A DNA stretch of 49,809 nucleotides, taken from contig CAZPRT010000001.1 in NCBI GenBank assembly GCA_964589205.1, positions 1-49,809 of the forward strand, written 5' to 3'. Under the pieces are notes generated by a model that was given only the letters and a program-made list of their open reading frames with translations, made no database searches and was not told where the DNA came from. Shown here piece after piece: positions 44,568 to 49,809 of the stretch. Numbering within the stretch: the stretch's first letter is position 1; every line of letters starts with the position of its first letter. Source of the DNA: an uncultured Bordetella sp. GTDB taxonomy: Bacteria; Pseudomonadota; Gammaproteobacteria; Burkholderiales; Burkholderiaceae_A. A program made the translations under genes and the position numbers.

Positions 44568-45047
44568 TCAGTGGGCGGCGGATTCACGGTCATCGTGAAA
44601 GACGACATTTCGGGTCACGGGTTGATGAGACATGGACTGCTTCTCGCGCTGCTCATCGACGAGGTCTTGCAGCGTGATGGAGTCGAGAAAATCAACCATG
44701 TGCCGGTTCAGACTGGCCCAGAGTTCGTGGGTCATGCACACCTGGTCGTCGTGGCAGTTTTGCTTGCCGCCACACTGCGTGGCGTCGAGCGGCTCATCGA
44801 CCGCGTAAATGATGTCGGCCACCGTGAGTTCTTTTGCGGAGCGGGCCAGTCGATACCCTCCCCCAGGGCCGCGCATGGACTCCACCAGCTCATGGCGGCG
44901 AAGACGGCCGAACAGCTGTTCGAGGTAAGACAGCGAAATGCGCTGGCGCTGGCTGATGGCAGACAACGTAACAGGGCCCTTGTCTTGGCGCAGGCCAAGA
45001 TCAATCATGGCAGTGACAGCGAAACGACCTTTGGTGGTGAGGCGCAT
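44568..45047 (-). CDS. iscR: Fe-S cluster assembly regulator IscR
   Basis: MRLTTKGRFAVTAM, SYLEQLF, RGPGGGY, C-x5-C-x5-C..H ligands. Confidence 0.96.
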   Translation of the reverse strand: MRLTTKGRFAVTAMIDLGLRQDKGPVTLSAISQRQRISLSYLEQLFGRLRRHELVESMRGPGGGYRLARSAKELTVADIIYAVDEPLDATQCGGKQNCHDDQVCMTHELWASLNRHMVDFLDSITLQDLVDEQREKQSMSHQPVTRNVVFHDDRESAAH

Positions 45048-45061
45048 TCAAAACCCTCCTA

Positions 45062-45117
45062 TTTCCTGAGCGATTTAGTCGGGAGTTTAGAGTATCCGAG
45101 TGAATTACTCAACCTTT
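45062..45117 (-). promoter_or_regulatory. Two type-1 IscR operators
   Basis: ACTCCCGACTAAATCGCTCAGGAAA (45062-86) and AAAGGTTGAGTAATTCACTCGGATA (45093-117) resemble the type-1 IscR motif upstream of iscR. Confidence 0.75.
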
Positions 45118-45120
45118 ACT

Positions 45121-45147
45121 AGAAAGGGCCGCGCCAGCGACCCTTTC
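45121..45147 (-). terminator. Hairpin downstream of uvrB-ptp (possible weak terminator)
   Basis: GAAAGGGTCGC-TGGC-GCGGCCCTTTCT. Confidence 0.4.
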
Positions 45148-45208
45148 CATTGACGAGGGCGGCCCGCCGCCGGGGAGCAGAACCCCGAGGCGAAATCCGT
45201 TTGGCCGT

Positions 45209-45754
45209 TTAAGCCGCCGCCACCATGCTCGCCCGACGGCGAACCACCTCCATCAGGCCATTGCACGCGTCCTCGATGTGGTCGAGGGCCTGCTCAAAGC
45301 CCTGGCTGCCGCCGTGATACGGATCGCTCACGATTGCAGCCTCATACTCCGTGGCAAAGCGCATCAGCAGTTGCAGCTTATGCTGCAGGCCCCGTGGGGC
45401 GGTGCGCTGGAGCAACGCGAGGTTGTCCCAGTCCATGGCCAGGATGTAGTCGTACTCGCTGAAGTCCTTCATTTCGACCTTGCGGGCCAGGTGGCCGCTC
45501 AGGTCGTACCCGCGCTTCTGGGCCGTGGCGGTGGCGCGAGGGTCCGCAGCCTCACCCGCGTGAAAAGCGTGAGTGCCGGCTGAGTCCGCCTGAACCAGCT
45601 CGCTCAGGCCTGCCGTGCGAACCATGTGGTCGAAAACGGCCTTGGCCGTGGGTGAGCGACAAATGTTGCCCATGCAGACAAATAGAACCTTTGTCGGCAT
45701 GCCAACAACCTTGGGCGCAGACGATTCAGGCTTCTTGGGTGCAGGACGGCTCAT
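45209..45754 (-). CDS. Low-molecular-weight protein-tyrosine phosphatase
   Basis: VCMGNICRSP, DSAGT, DPY; alternative start 45700. Confidence 0.92.
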   Translation of the reverse strand: MSRPAPKKPESSAPKVVGMPTKVLFVCMGNICRSPTAKAVFDHMVRTAGLSELVQADSAGTHAFHAGEAADPRATATAQKRGYDLSGHLARKVEMKDFSEYDYILAMDWDNLALLQRTAPRGLQHKLQLLMRFATEYEAAIVSDPYHGGSQGFEQALDHIEDACNGLMEVVRRRASMVAAA

Positions 45755-45793
45755 GTTTTGGCTTCCTTTTTTTATAGAGTGGGTGGGCGTGGA

Positions 45794-47893
45794 TTAGGCA
45801 GCGCGGCTTGCCCGGGCAGCGCTGGTTGGGGAGGACTCGGGCTCGACCTGGTCGTGCAGGCGGCCGGCACCAAACACGCGCGCCTTCAGGCGTGCGAGCT
45901 GATCCCGGGCCTGAGCGGCCTTCTCGAACTCGAGGTTTCTTGCGTGCTCGAGCATCTGCTTCTCGAGCCGCGCAATTTCGCGCGAGAGCTCCTTCTCGGA
46001 TAGGTCGACCAGGTCGGCGGCGCGATTGGCCATGGCGTCGGCCTCGCGCTGCTTGGACTTGTTCGACATGACGCCGTCGATGAGGTCTCGAATTTCCTTG
46101 ACCACGCCCATGGGCGTGATGCCGTGCTCGGCATTGAAGGCCAACTGCTTGTTTCGGCGCCGCTCCGTCTCACCCATGGCCCTCTGCATCGAGGCGGTGA
46201 CACGATCAGCGTACAGAATGGCGCGACCCCCGATGTTACGGGCCGCCCGGCCGATGGTCTGGATCAGGCTGCGGTCGCTTCTCAGGAAGCCTTCTTTGTC
46301 GGCATCCAGAATGGCCACCAAGGAGACCTCGGGAATGTCCAGGCCTTCACGCAACAGGTTAATGCCCACCAGCACATCGAAACTGCCCAGGCGCAAATCT
46401 CGGAGGATCTCGACCCGCTCCACGGTATCGATGTCGGAGTGGAGGTAGCGAACCCGAATGCCATTGTCGGAGAGGTAGTCGGTGAGATCCTCTGACATGC
46501 GTTTGGTGAGGGTGGTGACCAGCACCCGCTCGTTCTTGGCCACCCGAATCTGGATCTCTGAGAGAAGGTCGTCGACCTGTGTCTTGGCAGGGCGAACCTC
46601 AATGGCCGGGTCTACCAGCCCAGTGGGCCGCACGACCTGTTCCACGACATCGCCGCCGGAGCGATCGAGTTCGTACTGACCGGGTGTGGCCGACACAAAA
46701 ACCACTTGCCGGAGCTTTGGCTCGAGCTCGTCAAACCGCAGGGGCCGGTTGTCGAGGGCCGATGGCAGCCGGAAGCCGAAATCGACCAGGGTCTCCTTGC
46801 GAGAGCGGTCTCCCCGGTACATGCCGCCCAGTTGGCCCACCATCACGTGGGATTCATCCATGAAAATGATGGCATCGGCAGGCAGGTAATCGATGAGGGT
46901 GGGGGGCGGCGCGCCCGGCTCCGCACCGGACAGGTGCCTGCTGTAGTTCTCAATGCCCTTGCAAAAACCAAGCTCCCCAAGCATTTCAAGGTCGAAGCGC
47001 GTGCGCTGCTCAATGCGCTGGGCCTCCACGAGCTTGCCCTGCGACACAAACCATTTCGATCGCTCCACCAGCTCGGCCTTGATGGTCTCCACCGCCCGCA
47101 AGACCACCTCACGAGGCGTGACATAGTGAGAGGACGGGTAGACCACGAACCGATTGAGCCGCTGCTGAAGTCGGCCTGTGAGGGGGTCGAAGAGTTGGAG
47201 CGACTCCACTTCGTCGTCGAAGAGTTCTACCCGCAGGCCACTCTCAAAATGCTCAGCCGGAAAGATGTCGATGGTGTCGCCGCGCACCCGGAAATGACCA
47301 CGCACGAACTCGGCGTCGTTGCGCTGGTATTGCATGCGAACCAGCTGGGCGATGAGGTCTCGCTGGGAGAGTTTGTCCCCGACACGCATCGACAGGACCA
47401 TGGCGTGGTAATCGGCCGGATTACCGATGCCATAGATGCAAGAGACCGTGGCCACAATGATGGTGTCCCGGCGTTCGAGCAGCGATTTTGTGGCTGAAAG
47501 ACGCATCTGCTCGATGTGCTCATTGATGGCCGAATCCTTCTCGATGAAAAGATCCCGCTGGGGCACATAGGCTTCTGGCTGGTAGTAATCGTAGTAAGAG
47601 ACAAAGTATTCCACCGCATTTCGCGGGAAAAACTCGCGCATTTCAGCGTAGAGCTGGGCTGCAAGGGTCTTGTTCGGGGCCAACACCAGGGCCGGACGAC
47701 CCGTTTTGGCGATCACATGGGCCATGCTGAAGGTCTTGCCGGAGCCCGTCACCCCCAGCAGCGTCTGGTAGGCCAGCCCCTCACCCAGCCCATCGCACAG
47801 GCGCGCGATGGCCTCGGGCTGATCGCCGGCTGGGGAGAAGGGGGCCACCAATTCAAAGGGGCTGTCTGGGTAATTAACGGCTTGTAATGCCAT
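45794..47893 (-). CDS. uvrB: Excinuclease ABC subunit B
   Basis: [42 protein letters not shown] tail. Confidence 0.97.
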   Translation of the reverse strand: MALQAVNYPDSPFELVAPFSPAGDQPEAIARLCDGLGEGLAYQTLLGVTGSGKTFSMAHVIAKTGRPALVLAPNKTLAAQLYAEMREFFPRNAVEYFVSYYDYYQPEAYVPQRDLFIEKDSAINEHIEQMRLSATKSLLERRDTIIVATVSCIYGIGNPADYHAMVLSMRVGDKLSQRDLIAQLVRMQYQRNDAEFVRGHFRVRGDTIDIFPAEHFESGLRVELFDDEVESLQLFDPLTGRLQQRLNRFVVYPSSHYVTPREVVLRAVETIKAELVERSKWFVSQGKLVEAQRIEQRTRFDLEMLGELGFCKGIENYSRHLSGAEPGAPPPTLIDYLPADAIIFMDESHVMVGQLGGMYRGDRSRKETLVDFGFRLPSALDNRPLRFDELEPKLRQVVFVSATPGQYELDRSGGDVVEQVVRPTGLVDPAIEVRPAKTQVDDLLSEIQIRVAKNERVLVTTLTKRMSEDLTDYLSDNGIRVRYLHSDIDTVERVEILRDLRLGSFDVLVGINLLREGLDIPEVSLVAILDADKEGFLRSDRSLIQTIGRAARNIGGRAILYADRVTASMQRAMGETERRRNKQLAFNAEHGITPMGVVKEIRDLIDGVMSNKSKQREADAMANRAADLVDLSEKELSREIARLEKQMLEHARNLEFEKAAQARDQLARLKARVFGAGRLHDQVEPESSPTSAARASRAA

Positions 47894-47982
47894 GGTAATC
47901 TTTCGAGCAATCGGCTATTTTCCCTGTGTGTCCGCCAAATTTCCAATCCTTTTTTTGCTGGATCCCTCTTGACAAACCCCCC

Positions 47983-49188
47983 ATGACCGCCTCCCTCTTC
48001 GCCAACGTTGAGCGCGCGCCGCGCGACCCCATCCTCGGTCTGACCGAGGCCTTTCAGGCCGACAACCGCCCGAACAAGGTCAACCTCGGGGTGGGTGTCT
48101 ATTACGACGATAATGGCAAGTTACCGTTACTTAGGTGCATAAAGGAAGCAGAAGCGCAAAGAGTGTCGGCTGCGCCGGCCCGCGGCTACCAGCCCATCGA
48201 GGGGGCCGTGGCCTACAACCAAGCCGTCCAAAACCTGCTTTTTGGGGCCGATAGTCCGGTGCTCAAGGCCCAGCGAGTGGTCACCATTGAGGCCCTCGGG
48301 GGCACGGGCGCGCTGAAGGTGGGGGCCGATTACCTCCGTCGCCTGCTTCCCGAGGCCAAGGTGGCCATCAGCGACCCCAGCTGGGAGAACCACCGGGCAC
48401 TTTTCGAGATGGCCGGATTCGAGGTGCTCACCTACCGCTACTACGACGCCAAAACCCGGGGTGTCGATGCCAAAGGCATGCTCGAGAGCCTTCAGTCGCT
48501 GCCGAGGGGCACCATCTTGGTGCTCCATGCCTGCTGCCACAACCCCACGGGGGTCGACCTCTCTGCAGACCAATGGTCCTCTGTGATCGCCGCCATCCAG
48601 GCCGCGGGCCACATTCCGTTTCTCGACATGGCCTACCAGGGATTTGGCGAGGGCATTGCCCAGGATGCTGCCGTGCTGAACGCCTTCCTGTCTTCCGGCA
48701 TGTCCTTTCTGGTGTCGAGCTCGTTTTCGAAGTCTTTCTCCCTTTACGGCGAGCGAGTGGGCGCTCTGTCCATCGTGACCCAATCGGCCGACGAGGCCAG
48801 CCGGGTTCTGAGCCAGGTCAAGAGAACCATTCGCACGAACTACTCCAACCCTCCCACCCACGGCGGCGCCGTGGTGGCCATGGTGCTGTCCACCCCCACC
48901 CTGCGGGCCACCTGGGAGGCGGAACTCGCTGAGATGCGAGACCGCATCAAGGCCATGCGCAAGGGCTTGGCAGATGGCCTGAAGGCCCGAGGATTCAAGG
49001 GCGACGTGGGCTTCATCACCAGCCAACGCGGCATGTTCAGTTACACCGGGCTCAGCAGTCAGCAGGTCGATCGGCTGCGAGAGGAATTTGGGGTCTACGC
49101 CGTCGGCACCGGCCGCATCTGCATTGCAGCGCTCAACAGCCAGAACCTTGAGCGGGTCTGCGATGCCATCGCCGCGGTGAGCGGTTAA
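47983..49188 (+). CDS. tyrB: Aromatic amino acid/aspartate aminotransferase
   Basis: Start ATG 47983; PRDPILG, KVNLGVGVY, HACCHNPTG, DMAYQGF, SKSFSLYGERVG. Confidence 0.9.
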   Translation: MTASLFANVERAPRDPILGLTEAFQADNRPNKVNLGVGVYYDDNGKLPLLRCIKEAEAQRVSAAPARGYQPIEGAVAYNQAVQNLLFGADSPVLKAQRVVTIEALGGTGALKVGADYLRRLLPEAKVAISDPSWENHRALFEMAGFEVLTYRYYDAKTRGVDAKGMLESLQSLPRGTILVLHACCHNPTGVDLSADQWSSVIAAIQAAGHIPFLDMAYQGFGEGIAQDAAVLNAFLSSGMSFLVSSSFSKSFSLYGERVGALSIVTQSADEASRVLSQVKRTIRTNYSNPPTHGGAVVAMVLSTPTLRATWEAELAEMRDRIKAMRKGLADGLKARGFKGDVGFITSQRGMFSYTGLSSQQVDRLREEFGVYAVGTGRICIAALNSQNLERVCDAIAAVSG

Positions 49189-49280
49189 GCCGGGCAGCCA
49201 AGAGGGATTAAGGCTTGCCCTAATCCCAAAGGACTGAAAACTCAGGTTAGATGGGGCCTCTTTCCATAGGAGGTTCCCCC

Positions 49281-49809
49281 ATGCGTTCAAGCCTGACCCG
49301 CCGGCCCTTCGTGGCGCTGGCCACCGCAGTCGCCCTGGCTGCGTCCATCGCACCGCTCTCCGCCCATGCCTGGCCGAGCAAAGACAAGCCCGTGACCATC
49401 ATCTCGGTCTTCCCCCCAGGAGGCTCCGTCGATCAGATGTCGCGTCTCTTCGCCGCCGAATTGGCCAAGACCACGGGCGGGCAATTCATTGTGGAAAACA
49501 AGGGCGGCGCCTCCGGCTCCATTGGAACGGCCGCATTGGCCAAGGCGGCTCCAGACGGCAACACCATTGCCGTGGTCTTTGACACCCACTCGGTCAACCC
49601 CTCCCTGATTCCCAACCTGCCCTTCGACACCCTGAAGGACCTAGCACCCGTGACCCTGGTGGGCACCGGCGGCATGGCGATCGCAGTTCACCCCAGCACG
49701 CCCTACAAAGATTTCAAAGAGTTGCTGGCGGCCGCCAAAGCCAAGCCCGACAGCATTAGCTATGGCTCCATCGGCACCGGCTCCCTGGGCCACCTGGCCA
49801 TGGTGCAAG
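49281..49809 (+). CDS. Bug/TctC tripartite tricarboxylate transporter substrate-binding protein (runs off window end)
   Basis: Manual translation: signal peptide, WPSKDKPVTII..FPPGGSVD..VENKGGASGSIG..APDGNT..YGSIGTGSLGHL; SD AGGAGG at 49268-73. Confidence 0.92.
   Translation, partial: MRSSLTRRPFVALATAVALAASIAPLSAHAWPSKDKPVTIISVFPPGGSVDQMSRLFAAELAKTTGGQFIVENKGGASGSIGTAALAKAAPDGNTIAVVFDTHSVNPSLIPNLPFDTLKDLAPVTLVGTGGMAIAVHPSTPYKDFKELLAAAKAKPDSISYGSIGTGSLGHLAMVQ

Noticed and set aside
43344-44580. iscR and iscS both end in AAH with a shared 10-nt sequence
   Set aside because: Too short to distinguish from chance in GC-rich DNA
47894-47982. LexA box upstream of uvrB; perfect TTGACA at 47969-74
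   Set aside because: CTGT is present but has no matching CAG half-site; TTGACA has no -10 at the right spacing

Overview
GC-rich, very gene-dense core-genome segment of a Burkholderiales-type betaproteobacterium (taxonomy inferred from gene order and protein sequences). It holds about 46 housekeeping CDS and one tRNA: partial glnA, hemW-rdgB-rph, yicC-gmk-rpoZ-spoT, pmbA/mog, aminotransferase-gmhA-typA-truB-rbfA-infB-nusA-rimP-rluB-scpB-tRNA-Ser(GGA)-acs, class I fumarase, a GlcG/HbpS protein divergent from an Fe3+-binding protein across a Fur box, Rid protein, PhaY2-like hydrolase/bdhA, comEC-tatD-lolD-lolE, hypothetical-recJ-prfB(+1 frameshift)-lysS-PQQ dehydrogenase, the isc operon (no iscX), LMW-PTP, uvrB, tyrB and a partial Bug/TctC gene. 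I found no mobile element, CRISPR array, prophage or defence system, and I cannot support a new protein-based system here. The most interesting signals are regulatory and architectural: a candidate two-state RNA switch occluding the SD/AUG of the Bug gene; tiny divergent intergenic regions that look like bidirectional, leaderless promoters; rbfA, hscB and tatD starts nested inside upstream genes; an NtrC enhancer overlapping the hemW stop; and a rimP-leader attenuator. All product calls come from motif recognition by eye, not database searches.
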